In this document: piece by piece, positions 51,200 to 64,000 of the stretch
Numbering within the stretch: the stretch's first letter is position 1
How the letters are laid out: every line of letters begins with the position of its first letter
Made by a program: the position numbers and the translations under genes
NCBI RefSeq assembly: GCF_963921235.1
Contig: NC_086097.1
Span: forward strand, 118,670,001-118,734,000
DNA from: Mobula hypostoma
Lineage: Eukaryota
Direction: 5' to 3'
Length of the DNA: 64,000 bases
Notes under the pieces: model-generated
What the model saw: the letters and a program-made list of their open reading frames with translations, nothing else
Database searches by the model: none
Told to the model about the DNA's origin: nothing

Positions 51200-54100
51200 G
51201 GCAAACATCTGCACCAGGTGCATCAAACTGCAGCTCCTTAGGGACCGCATTACAGGACTGGAGATGCAGCTCGATGACCTTCATCTGGTCAGGGAGAGTG
51301 AGGAGGTGATTGATAGGAGCTATAGGCAGGAAGTCACACCGGCGCCTGGGGAGACAGATAAGTGAGTAACAGTCAGGAGAGGGAAGGGCAGGAGTTAGAG
51401 GCTAGAGAGTACCCCTGTGGCTGTACCCCTTGACAATAAGTACTCCTGCTTGAGTACTGTTGGGGGGGCGGTGGCCTACCTGGGGGAAGTAACAAAGTCT
51501 GGCCCTGTGGCTCAGAAAGGTAGAGAAAGGAAGAGGATGGCAGCAGTGATAGGGGACTCTATAGTTAGGGGTTCAGACAGGCGATTCTGTGGATGGAGGA
51601 AAGAAACATGGATGGTAGTTTGCCTCCCAGGTGCCAGGGTCCGGGATGTTTCTGATCGCATGCATGATATCCTGAAGTGGGAAGGAAAACAACCAGCGGT
51701 CATGGTACATATTGGTACCAACGACACAGGCAGGAAAAAGGAGAGCTTCTGAAAACAGACTACATGGAGTTAGGAAAGAAGTTGAGAAGCAGGATCACAA
51801 AGGTAGTAATCTCGTGATTACTGCCTGTGCCACATGGCAGTGAGTATAGAAATAGAGTGAGGTGGAGAATAAATGTATGGCTGAGGTATTGGAGTAGGGA
51901 GCAATGATTCAGATTTATGGATCATTGGGACCTTTTTTGGGGCAGGAGTGACCTGTCCAAAAAGGACGGGTTCCACTGAATCCCAGGGGGACCAATATCC
52001 TAGTGGAGAGGTTTGCTAAGGCTACTGGGGAGAGCTTAAACTTGGATTGCTGGGGGGGTGGGCGGGAACCAAACTGAAGAGACGGAGGAAGAGGCGATTG
52101 GCTCACAAATAGAGAAAGCTTGGAGACAATGCTAGAGGGAGGATAGGCAGGAGATAGAGAAGGGACGCGCTCAGACCGATGGTTTGAGATGTGTCTATTT
52201 TAATGCAAGGAGTGCTATGAACAAAGTGGAGGAGCTTAGAGTGTGGATCAGTACTTGGAGCTATAATGTTGTGGCCATTATAGAGTCTTGGATAGCTCAG
52301 GAGCAGGAATAGTTACCTCGAGTGCCAAGCTTTAGATCTTTCAGAAAGGACAGGGAGGGAGACAAAAGAGGTGGGGGCATGGCACTGTTGATCAGAGAGA
52401 GTATCATAGCTGCAGAAAAGGAGGAGGACATGGAGGGATTGTCTACCGAGTCTCTGTGGGTGGAGCTTAGGAACAGGATGGGCTTAATAACTCTGTTGGG
52501 TGTTTTTTATAGACCACCCAAGAGTAACAGGGACATCAAGGTGCAGATACGGAGTCAGATTCTGGAAAGGTGTAATAATAACAGGTTGTCGTGGTGGGAG
52601 ATTTTAATTTCCCAAATATTGACTGGCATCTCCCTAGAGCGAGGGGTATAGATGGGGTGGAGTTTGTTAGGTGTGTTCGAGAAGGTTTCCTGACACAATA
52701 TGTAGATAAGCCTACAAGAGGAGAGGGTGTACTTGATCTCATATTGGGTAGTGAACCTGGTCAGGTGTCAGATCTCTCAGTGGGAAAGCATTTTAGAGAG
52801 AGTGATTACAATTCTTTCTCCTTTACCATAGCACTGGAAAGGGATAGGAACAGTCAAGTTAATTGGTGTAAGGGGAAATCTGAGGCTATCAGACAACAAC
52901 TTTGAAGCATAAATTAGGAAAAGATGTTCTCAGGGAAATGTAGGAAGAAATGTGGCAGATGTTCAGGGGATGTTTACATGGAGTTCTGCATAGGTACGTT
53001 CCAATGAGACAGGGAAAGGATGGTAGGATACAGGAACTGTGGTGTACAATGGCTGTTGTAAATCTAGTCAAGAAGAAAAGAAGAGCTTTTGAAAGGTTCA
53101 AAAGAACTAGGTAATGCTAGAGATCTAGAAGATTATAAGGCCAGCTGGAAGGAGCTTAAGAAAGAAATTAGGAGAGCCAGAAAAGGCCCTGAGAAAGCCT
53201 TGGCGGACATGATTAAGGGAAACCCCCAAGGCATTCTACAGGTTTATGAAGAGCAAGAGGAAAAGACGTGAGAGAATAGAACCAATCAAGTGTGACAGTG
53301 GAAAAGTGTGTATGGAACGGGAAGAAATAGCAAAGGTACTTAATAAATACTTTGCTTCAGTATTCACTACGGAAGAGGATCTTGGCGATTGTAGGGATGA
53401 CATACAGTGGACTGAAAAGCTCGAACATGTAAATATTAAGAAAGAGGATGTGCTGGAGCTTTTGGAAAGCATCAAGCTGGATAAGTCCCCGGGACTGGAT
53501 GAGATATACCCTAGGTTACTGTGAGGGGTGAGGGAGGATATTGCTGAGCCTCTGGCAATCATCTTTGCATCACCAATGGGGATGGTAGAGGTTCCAGAGG
53601 ATTAGAGGGTTGTGGATGTTATTCCATTATTCAAAAACGGAGTAGAGATAGCCCAGGAAATTATGGACCAGTGAGTCTTACTTCAGTGGTTGGTAAGTTG
53701 ATGGAGAAGATCCTGAGAGGCAGGATTTATGAAAATTTGGAGAGGAATAATATGATTAGAAATAGTCTGCATGGCTTTGTCAAATGTCAGTCGTGCCTTA
53801 CGAGCCTGATTGGATTTTATGAGGATGTGACTAAACACATTGATGGAGGTAGAGCAGTAGATATAGTATATACGGATTTTAGCAAGGCATTTGATAAGGT
53901 ACCCCATGCAAGGGTTATTGATGAAAGTAAGGAAACATGGGATCCAAGGGGTCATTGCTTTGTGGATCCAGAACTGGCTTGCCCACAGAAGGCAAAGACT
54001 GGTTGTAGATGGCTGATTTTCCACATGGAGGTTGGTCACCAGAGCTGTGCCTCAGGGATCTGTTCTGGGACCCCTACTCTTTGTGATTTTTATAAATGAC

Positions 54101-55045
54101 CTGGATGATGAAGTGGAGGGATGAGTCAGTAAATTTGTTGATGACAGAAAAGGTCGGGGGTATTGTGGATAGTGTAGAGGGCCGTCAGAGATTACAGCGG
54201 GGACATCGATAGGATGCAAAACTGGGCTGAGAAGTGGCAGATGGAGTTCAACTCAGATAAGTGTGAGGTGGTTCATTTTGGTAGGTCAAATATTATGACA
54301 AAATATAGTATTAATGATAAGACTCTTGGCAGTGTGGAGGATCAGAAGGATCTTGGGGTCCAAGTCCATAGGACACTCAAAGCTGCTACACAGGTTGACT
54401 CTGTGGTTAAGAAAACATAGGGTGCATTGGCCTTCATCAATTGTGGGACTGAGTTTTGGAGCCAAAAGGTAATGTTGCAGCCATATAGGACCCTGGTCAG
54501 ACCCCACTTGGAGTACTGTGCTCAATTCTGGTTGCCTCACTATAGGAAGGATGTAGAAAATATAGAAAGGGTGCAGAGGAGATTTGCAAGGATGTTGCCT
54601 GGATTGGGGAGCATGCCTTATGAGAATAGGTTAAGTGAATTAAGCCTTTTCTCATTGGAGTGATGGAGGATGAGAGGTGACCTGACAGAGCTGTAGAAGA
54701 TGATGAGAAGCATTGATCGTGTGGATAGACAGAGACTTTTTCCCAGGGCTGAAATGGTTAGCACAAAAGGGCACCGTTTTAAGGTGCTTGGAAGAAGGTA
54801 CAGAGGAGATGTCAAGAGTAAGTTTTTTATGCAGAGAGTGGTGAGTGCGTGGAATGGGCTGCCGGTGATGGTGGTGGAGTCAGATACGATAGGGTCTTTT
54901 AAGAGACTCCTGGGCGGCTACATAGAGCTTAGAAAAATAGAGAGCTATGGGTGACCTTCAGTAATCTCTAAGGAAAAGACATGTTCAGCACAGCTTTGTG
55001 GGCTGAAGGGTCTGCATTATGCTGTATGTTTTCTATGTTTCTATC
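51200..55045 (+). mobile_element. CR1 LINE, near full length, decayed
   Basis: ORF1 VIGDSIVR..HIGTND; APE YRPP, GDFNFP; RT DFSKAFDKVPH, RPHLEYC; ttctatgtttctat tail. Confidence 0.92.
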
Positions 55046-55854
55046 TCTCTATAATGTTTCTGAATTCTGAGTCAAACTTGAGATAAGCACACAGCGATAT
55101 CACCTTCAACTAAAATGAGACAATTTCTATCCTTGCTCTTGATACTTGTTAAACAAGAAAAAGTTTGTTCACATATGTAAGAAGTTGAAAACTCCAGCAA
55201 AATATTCATTGCTTTCCCAAGAATGGCAGGATACTCCTCTTTCACAGAAATCCAGAACTTGTCCAGGAGCAGGTCAGTAAATCTCATCTTGAGTGCATGA
55301 TCAGACTGCAGCTCACAAAGTTCTTCCCGTTCTCTCAAAGCCAAGTTCTCAGGCTGAGCAGAAGATTCAGAGAAAAGGTCCCTCACCCAGTCATACACTT
55401 GTATTGGAAGGGAGTCAAAATACTGTTCACTTTTGTTCTGCAGTTCTTCCAGGTGGTCTTCAATAAGATTCGAGACTTCCTGATATCCTTCCTCACTCTC
55501 AAGAGTGGAAACATTTCAAGATTTCCTTTGCAGCATTATTTTTCCATATTCAGTTTCCGTTCAAATCTAAGAATCTTACATGAAGTCAAAACATTTTCTC
55601 CAGGGCCTTGCAGGGAGTTGCTCAACTGGTTCATATGATGAAAATTGTCTGTTAAGTAGGCTAGTTTCTGCAGCCATTCTTCATCATCAAAGCACTTAGC
55701 AAACTCTGGCCAACTATTTTCTTGAAAATACTCCTGCAGTTCACTTTTCGAATATCCTGTTGAGAACCTTTCCTCTGTTAAGCCACTGGATTTCTGTGTG
55801 TAACAGAACATTGGTGTGCTCTTTTTCCAGGTTTTCACGTAGTTTTTTTTTCAG

Positions 55855-58800
55855 ACATTCTCAAGTGAATTGGTCTTAAAGCTATTCAATTCACACCCAT
55901 ATGCTTCTATTATCACTATTCAGAATATTTCCTCCCCTTTTGCAATTCATCGTGGGACTCATCAAGTCTGCCCGCTTTCTCCGTTTTTGTTTGCAGTTAT
56001 CATTGAGCCACTGGCTGTTAGCATCAGACAGGACCCTTTGATATCTCCCATTGATATGCATGGACATAAACATCACCTTTCGTTATACACTGACGATGTC
56101 TTTTTATTTATCTCCAGCCCACAAACATCAATACCCACCCTTCTGACTCTAATTAATAGTTTTGGTAGTTTCTCGGGTTTCTCTATTAATTGGGATAAGA
56201 GTGAACTAATGCCAGTCACTGTGGTGGTTAATACAGCGTATTTACACTCCATTCCCTTTAAATTAACTTATGATAATTTTTCCTATCTTGCTGTGACTAT
56301 TACAAAAACCCCAGATGACCTTTTGCAAGTGAATTGGCGAAACAAAGTTGAGCAGGTTAAACGCAATATTGACTTTTGGAAAACCTTCCAATTTCTTTGG
56401 TGGGGAGGGTTAACGCAATCAAGATGATTGTACCACCACAATTTCTTCATCTTTTCCAGTCAATTCCATGTTTTATTCCTCTGTCATATTTTAAGCAATT
56501 GGATTCAATGATTATACCCTTCATTTGGAATTATAAAGCCATTAGAATTACTAAAAAGCACTTGTCAAATTCTAAGGAAGCAGGTGGTTTTGCCCTTCCG
56601 GACGTTAAAATGTATTACTGGGCTGCCCACCTATCCATTCTTGCATGGTGGAAAAAAGCCCCACCCTCTACCTCAGACTCATGCCCAGCATGGTTACTCA
56701 TAGAGCGAGTGCTTTGTAAAAAGACTTCCTTACCAGCTCTCCTTAATAGCCCCAATGCAGTTAATAAGTTACATTTTAGTAACAGCTTCATGGTTGGCAG
56801 GACTACAAGAATTTGGAAGCAGATTCAACTACACATTAAGGCCCCAAAAACTTATATTAACACTCCAATTTGTGACAATCATTCCTTTTTGCCTGACCTG
56901 AATGATACTGTTTTTACTACCTGGAAACAGAGAGGCATTTGTAGTGTAGGTGACCTATATATTAAAGGAAACTTTGCCTCATTTGCACAGTTAGAAGCAG
57001 TTTACAATATCCCTGCATCTATTTTTTTATATATATTTACAAATTCGAGATTATGTTAGGAAATAGAATGGCAGGCGGTGACTAGTGGGGTACCGCAAGG
57101 CTCAGTGCTGGGACCCCAGTTGTTTACAATATATATTAATGACTTAGATGAGGGAATTAAATGCAGCATCTCCAAGTTTGCGGATGACACGAAGCTGGGC
57201 GGCAGTGTTAGCAGTGAGGAGGATGCTAAGAGGATGCAGGGTGACTTGGATAGGTTGGGTGAGTGGGCAAACTCATGGCAGATGCAATTTAATGTGGATA
57301 AATGTGAAGTTATCCACTTTGGTGGCAAAAATAGGAATATAGAAAAATAGAAATAGGAAAACAGATTATTATCTGAATGGTGGCCGATTAGGAAAAGGGG
57401 AGGTGCAACGAGACCTGGGTGTCATTATACACCAGTCATTGAAAGTGGGCATGTAGGTACAGCAGGCGGTGAAAAAGGCGAATGGTATGCTGGCATTTAT
57501 AGCGAGAGGATTCGAGTACAGGAGCAGGGAGGTACTACTGCAGTTGTACAAGGCCTTGGTGAGACCACACCTGGAGTATTGTGTGCAGTTTTGGTCCCCT
57601 AATCTGAGGAAAGACATCTTTGCCATAGAGGGAGTACAAAGAAGGTTCACCAGATTGATTCCTGGGATGGCAGGACTTTCATATGAAGAAAGACTGGATG
57701 AACTGGGCTTGTACTTGTTGGAATTTAGAAGATTGAGGGGGGATCTGATTGAAACGTATAAGATCCTAAAGGGATTGGACAGGCTAGATGCAGGAAGATT
57801 GTTCCCAATGTTGGGGAAGTCCAGAACGAGGGGTCACAGTTTGAGGATAGAGGGGAAGCCTTTTAGGACCGAGATTAGGAAAACCTTCTTCACACAGGGA
57901 GTGGTGAATCTATGGAATTCTCTGCCACAGGAAACAGTTGAGGCCAGTTCATTGGCTATATTTAAGAGGGAGTTAGATATGGCCCTTGTGGCTACAGGGG
58001 TCAGGGGGTATGGAGGGAAGGCTGGGGCGGGGTTCTGAGTTGGATGATCAGCCATGATCATAATAAATGGCGGTGCAGGCTCGAAGGGCCGAATGGTCTA
58101 CTGCTGCACCTATTTTCTATGTTTCTAAATATATACCTAACTTCGAAGTGTTAGATAAACATGAGTCCCTGGAGGCAATAAATAAATTTGATCCTGTTAC
58201 TCATAGTGCGGTATCCTATTTTTATCAGATCCTATATAATGGAGCTCGGGTGAATACTGTAGGTCTTAAACAGGCATGGGTGGATGAATTGGGTATAGAA
58301 CTGACAGAGGAGGTCTGGGAGAGTGTTTAAAGAGTATGCATGATTGCTCGGTCAACGTCAGACACAAACTTATGCAATTTAAAGCAATACATAGACTTCA
58401 TTATTCCAAAGAAAAGTTGCACAATTTCTACCCTGATGTTTCACCAGTTTGTAATAGATGTAAATCTGTGAACAGTAATTTGTCACATTCATCCTGGTCA
58501 TGTTGTAAGCTTTATGCATATTGGAAAAGTACTTTTCACTGTTTCTCTGAGGCTTATGGGAAGCAGTGGGAACCAGACCCACTTATAGCCATCCTTGGGT
58601 CAACAAGCTCCCTATCTTCAGCCAATAAGTATGAAAAAAAGGCTGAATTGTTTGGCATGGTGATTGCTAAGTTAATCCTGCAAATGTGGAAAATGCACTC
58701 TGTGCCTACGTACGATCTGTGGCTGAGAGAACTGGCAAATACTTTACATTTGGAGAGACTGAGACTATGTAGTGAGAACAGAGGGGACATCTTTGAAAGG

Positions 58801-58985
58801 ATATGGGGCCCTGCATTGGACTTTCTTATGGGGTGAGGACTAAGGTTTTTGGTGCGGTGAACCTCTGCTGTGTACGTTTACTTTTGCCTTTATATTTTTC
58901 TCCCTTTTGCTGCTCAATATTTAATTAGATTTTGTTAAGGTTGTGGTTTTTGTAGATGTGCTTTTTTTTTGTTTTTTTTGTTTGT
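55855..58985 (+). mobile_element. L1-clade LINE ORF2 3' half, interrupted by CR1
   Basis: RGTHQVCPLSPFLFAVIIEPLA..LYTDDV..SGFSINWDKS; LPISLVGRVNAIKM; GGFALPD; C-terminal CNRC..H..WSC; T-rich 3' UTR. Confidence 0.9.
57066..58126 (+). mobile_element. 5'-truncated CR1 inserted in L1
   Basis: Nearly identical to 5071-6120; flanked by an aaata duplication; L1 reading resumes afterwards. Confidence 0.93.
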
Positions 58986-59629
58986 AATATAAAAAAGAGA
59001 ATATTAAAAAGAATAATTTGCTTTCTGAATCTTTATACTGATTGTGACTTTATTTGCAAAAGCTTTAATCTGTTTGTTTTGAGATCCCAATAATCATTTA
59101 AAATAATCTGCACTTTTACGTGTCATACGGCTGTGATTTGTAGTTAAGTGTCGTTTCAGTTTTGCTGGAGCCATTGCTACATTTGTAAGTTGTTTGCCAC
59201 AGACTAGGCACAATGGAATCAGACAACTTGGATCACCAATCCATGTAAAACCTACTGATAAGTAGCTTTCATTGTAAAGACTGACTTTTTTATGTCCATT
59301 GTTGCACTAGTGCAGTGAAACGACTCGGAAGAGTGTAATTCTTTATCATTAACCTTATTGGAATTGTCCGTAGGCCTAGGCCCAGAACCCTCATCTTCCA
59401 TTTCATACCTCCTCTCCTAAAATTGTTACAGTGGACTGTTTTTAGGATGAAAATTTCCCTTCAATTTTCTACTGCGCTGGTAGCCTGTTTGCTCCCATGA
59501 GTCAGTCAGCAGCGCATAAGAGGATGGATGTTGGGGGATATAACTTGGGAGGCAGAGTCTGATATCATAGCCCAGGTTGGGTGAGTCCATTCAATGCTTG
59601 GAAAACGCACTTCATGCTCTTCAACAGCC

Positions 59630-59945
59630 TATCGTCCTCCCCACAATACAATACAGCCTTCTCCAATTATCAACCTACCATTCACCCCACCGTGCAATAT
59701 AGCATCCACCAATTATCACTTACCATCCTTCCCACCATGGAATACAGTGTTCATCAATGATCACCTATCGTCCTTCCCAATGTGCAATACAGACTTCACC
59801 GATTATTAACCTATCATCCTCCCCACTGTACAATGCAGCGTTCACCAATTATCAATCTACCATCCTCCTCTCCGTGCAATACAGCGTTCACCAATTATCA
59901 GCCCACTGTCATCCTCACCGTGCAATATGGCATTCATCAATTATC
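59630..59945. repeat. Degenerate ~46-bp minisatellite, about 7 copies
   Basis: Unit approximately caatacagcgttcaccaattatcaacctaccatcctccccaccgtg. Confidence 0.85.
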
Positions 59946-60524
59946 TACTATCTCGCATCAAAAGCTGAGAATGAACTCAACCAAATAAATGCGGTCCTGC
60001 TGGGCACTGCCATACTGGGCAGAGAAACCTCGAACGAGATTGCTAACGGGTCTGCTCGATCACTGCCCACCACTGCGAGTGCTAGCATCATGTGTTATAT
60101 GAATGTCAAAAAATGATGTTTATTTTTTTCAATCATGATCTCTGGCAGAGCCCCTGCTGACCTCTCATGGAACCCCTGTTGGGAAACCCTGGTGTAGATG
60201 TTTCAGTGTCTTTTTGACTAATGAGGAGGTGTGTGGGTCCAGTTTAGATCTACATGACAGCAAGCAATCTCTGTCTCCTTGTGATACCTGGAGCAATACC
60301 TGTTTTAAAACTACTCAGGTACGCCCTCCCTCCACCCCTCTTTCAAATGTGTTGATGAATGAATAAGATCTGTTTCCGACTGCCATGCAGAACTCATCTA
60401 CATCATTATCTTTACTGTTAAACTGCACCCTGCTCTCATCACACATTGTCGATAACTGACTCTTCACATCATTGGTTTGATTTCTCTACTTCAATTTGAG
60501 AGGATAAGTGCATGACTAATATCC

Positions 60525-60915
60525 ATTACCAACCCATCGTAAAGGTGGTACAGGAATATTAGGTCCCACACCACCACATTCGGGAATAGTTATTACCCTT
60601 CAACCATTAGGCTGCTGAACCAGCGTAGATAACTTCACTCAGCTTAACACTAAACTGATTGCACAACCTATGGACTCACTATCAAACATTCTACAACTCA
60701 TATTCCCAATATTATTTATTTACTCATTTATTTATTACAATGTTTTGTATTTGCACAATTAGTCTTCTTTTGCACATTGCTTGTTTGGTAGTCCTTTTGT
60801 ATAGTTTTCCATTAATTCTATTGTATTTCTTTGTTCTTCTGTAAGAAAATGAATCTCCGTTTAGTATACGGTGATATATATGTAGTTTGATATAAATTTA
60901 CTTTGAATTTTGAAT
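60525..60915 (+). mobile_element. Rex1/L2-like 3' fragment
   Basis: ccatc..ggtacagga..ccattaggctgctgaacc motif; tail aaatttactttgaattttgaa. Confidence 0.6.
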
Positions 60916-63190
60916 TCCACAGTTACCTTGACTACTTCTCCTTCCACCCGCCATCTGGCAGAAATCCCAATCCTTCATGCTCATTCAGATGCCACATCCC
61001 ACATTAGAACATCCAAGATGTTTTCATTATTCCTCAGCCGGGGTTTCCCTTCCATCGAAATTGACAGGGGTCCATTTGCTCATCTCCCCGTATCTCTCAC
61101 TCTCTCACTGCCCACTCCAGTTCAATGATATGATTCTTCTTGTCTTCACCATCCCTCCTGTTCATTCACATGAGTCCAGCTGGGGCTGGAACTCAAAGTG
61201 CTATTCATTGACTAAGTATAATTTTGGAAGGGAGAAATTGGGATTCTCGAGTGTAGCCTCTCAGCAGTGGTGTCTCTGGCTACAGAGAGAGAAATGGTAC
61301 CTGAGCAGAATGAAAGTGGTTCAGTGACAGTGATGTGGGGGAATTAGTGATCAGATTGCTCTTTCGGGACAGGAATTTGGAGGAGATAGAGATTAGTTCA
61401 GAGTCCAAAGGCAGTACCAAAGATCGAAGCACAATAGTCGATCGGAAGTCAGGAAGTTGAAGCCCAGTGACTGAAGCATGAAGACCGAATGGGGGTGAGT
61501 GGGAAGCAGGGAGGAAAAGGACCTGTTTTGCTGTTGCCTTGTTGTTTTTTTGTGTTCTGTGTTGTTTTGCTGAACAGTGTACCATGCTATCTTGGTATTC
61601 GAATGTGTGGCGACACTTGCAGACTGCCCCCAACACATTCTTAGGTGTATTGGTGGTTAATGCAAATGACATATTCCACTGTATGTTGTGATGTGCATGT
61701 GATAAATTAGTAAATCTGAATCTGAAGGTGATCACTCTTGAAAGCTGGAACCTGACTAAAGAACAATTATATCACCACAAGACTGATGTTGGAAAGGAGT
61801 TTACTTTCCTCATCATGGTACTAAAGTTCAAAATTCAAAATGTTTATTATCAAAGGACATACGTGTCACTATATACTACCCTGAGATTCATTTCCTCATC
61901 TGTATTCACAGTTGAACAAAGAAATACAATGGAATCAATGAAAATGCACAGAAATAAAAAGGACTGACAACCAAAGTGCAAAAGAAGACAAAATGTGCAA
62001 ATGCAAAATAATAATAATTATATTCCATGAGGGGTTTTCTCTCCCCCATTGGACATAACCCCAGCAGGTGGATTGGGGAAACCCCAGCAGATATGCAGGG
62101 CAGGTGAGAAATATAATATACACAAGGACCAAAACAGAAGCAAAGCCAGGCACGTCTGTACCCAGATTGGGTGTTCCAGAATTTGGGGCAGCTGAAACCA
62201 AAACCTGGCAATAGGCATGAAAAGCAATACCCCTTCACTTTAGAAATGGAGAGGTGTCTGTGGAATAGAGTGATACAGCTGCTGCCTGGGGATCGGCAGG
62301 ACAGGCCTGGAGCAAGCACTGGGCATGACAGTAAGCAGACTGCTGGTGGTACATTGCTGAATAGGTGGGTAGGTACCAGGAAATCAAAAAAAAGATACAG
62401 CCAGCATTCAAAGTAGCCCATTAAGACCACAGGCTGTGACTGCTGCAGGTGTTTCTCAGGGGAGCAGTCCACCTGTGACCACTCAAGAAGTTAAGAGAAG
62501 AAAGACATGGTGAAAAAGGTCATTAGAGGTAAGCACATTCATAGTATGTGTATATTATTGAGTAACAGAGCTTGAAATTAACATAACAGTATACAGGGAC
62601 AAACTTCAACAGTTTATAGTACAATATCCCTTCATGCAAATCAATGCACAACAAATAGCAGATTGGTGTAAAGTGATAATAAAACAAAAATAACTTAATC
62701 CCTGTAGACTTGTTAAGCCAAATAACATATGAAGTTGCACAAGAGAAAGAAACCAACCGAAAGACCATAACAATATGATACAAGAAAATTATGAGGATAC
62801 AACCACTGAAGCACTGATGAAAATACAATTATTTCATTTGCTTCACAACTGAACATTAACAGCAACAACACAGATCCAGAGACTCTTCAGAATACTGATG
62901 ACGAAGCTGAGCATACAGACAAAATTATCCTGACATTTAATTTCACACTAACAGAATACACGCACACTGATTCAACAAAAGACCTTACAAATCAAAACAA
63001 AACATGTCATCAAAGTTTGCAGGTAATTTTATTGCTCTCAGCAATATTATGTTACCAAAATATTTAGGAAAACTTGAAATATTTGAAGAACTACATACAA
63101 TAACACACCGCATGGTATTAACAGCGGTGCAGTGTAATGGCTCCAAAATAGAGGAATTCACTAATAGAAATCCAAATCTCTTGCAACGGT

Positions 63191-64000
63191 GTTGAGGCCG
63201 GACCCAAGAGCAAGTTACAGACACGTAAGTAGCATTAACAGAAGTGTGTTTATTAATAGTTAACAGGAAAGCCGGGGAGCAAGGATAGAATGCTTACACG
63301 GATGAGGATGAGGGACAACAACAGGAGGAGCTCGGACACGGAGCCTGGACCTGGACTTGGATGCATACATGGAGCCTGGACTTGGACTCGGACTCGGACT
63401 TGGACACAGAGCCTGGACTTGGACTCGGAGCCAGAGACTGGACTTGGACTTGGACTTGGACCCAAAGCCTGGACTTGAACTTGGACTCTGACACTGAGAC
63501 ACAGAATACCCAACTCGGAGTAGCAACAAATGGCCGGAGCTACTCAGCCGGAAATGAGGTGACCAAACCAAACAACAACAGACAATCCATATCTTGACAC
63601 AGAGTAGCTCATGAAGTGGCAAATGGCTGGCAATCTCTTAGCTGGACATAAAGAGACAGAATTCCCACCTTGGAGTAGGGGCAAACAGCCGACCTACTCA
63701 GCTGGAAATGAGACTACTAACCCAACCAATGACAGACAATACGAATCTTGACATGGAGTAGCTCATGAAGCAGCAAACAGCCAGCAATCACTTAGCTGGA
63801 CACGAAGCAACAGAATTCCCAACTCTGAGTAGCAGCAAATGGCTGGATCTACTCAGTTGGAAATGAGATGACAAAAAACAAACAATGACAGTGCATTTGT
63901 ATCTTGGCTCAGAGTGGCGGCAATTGGCCAGCAAATCTCAGCCGGACATGAAAACAACAGAATTCGCATCTTGACTCGGAGTAGTGGCAAAATAGCTAGG
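63191..64000. mobile_element. LTR-like element (runs off the window) with hexamer and ~133-bp tandem repeats
   Basis: Start resembles the reverse complement of 30003-30030; (ggactt/ggactc)n at 63340-63490; longer units tactcagcNggaaatgag at about 63541, 63696, 63850. Confidence 0.55.

Larger units (their letters stand above)
50949..60191 (-). mobile_element. hAT (Buster/Charlie-type) DNA transposon remnant split by CR1 and L1 insertions
   Basis: Transposase WLQKLAYLTDNF..FWISVKEEYP..FSTSYICEQTFS (55072-55838); BED-like PLCLVCGKQL..KLKRHL (~59100-59270); candidate TIRs cagcctttctcaa / ttgggaaaccctg. Confidence 0.78.

Noticed and set aside
55072..55838. Domesticated ZBED/FAM200-like gene
   Set aside because: Frameshifted and interrupted by L1 and CR1; decayed hAT transposase
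63253..63622. Ser/Pro/Val-Gln repeat ORFs
   Set aside because: Translation of hexamer tandem repeats in all frames

Overview
Eukaryotic (vertebrate) DNA that is gene-poor and dominated by transposable elements. The repeat mix (esterase-ORF1 CR1 LINEs, Penelope-like elements, V-SINEs, Rex1-like LINEs, Gypsy LTR elements, Tc1, hAT) suggests a cartilaginous fish, probably a ray; this is inference. No host protein-coding exon could be supported. Nearly all ORFs are decayed TE fragments, often deeply nested, and several target-site duplications are readable. The main find is a 4.1-kb LTR-bounded Gypsy derivative (10729-14793, minus strand; 4-bp TSD, tRNA-Pro PBS). Its 437-aa pol ORF runs from RT (YVDD) in frame into about 250 aa of intronless sarcomeric myosin heavy-chain rod (MYH16-like by eye), then back into the pol tail. 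This looks like host mRNA captured in place of RNase H and integrase. Also notable: minimal type I hammerhead ribozyme motifs in Penelope termini, a ~600-bp inverted Penelope hairpin, and an 11.8-kb Gypsy provirus inside a Tc1-like element that itself carries several nested insertions. All family and homology calls are by eye from motifs, without database searches. Boundaries lacking a TSD are approximate.
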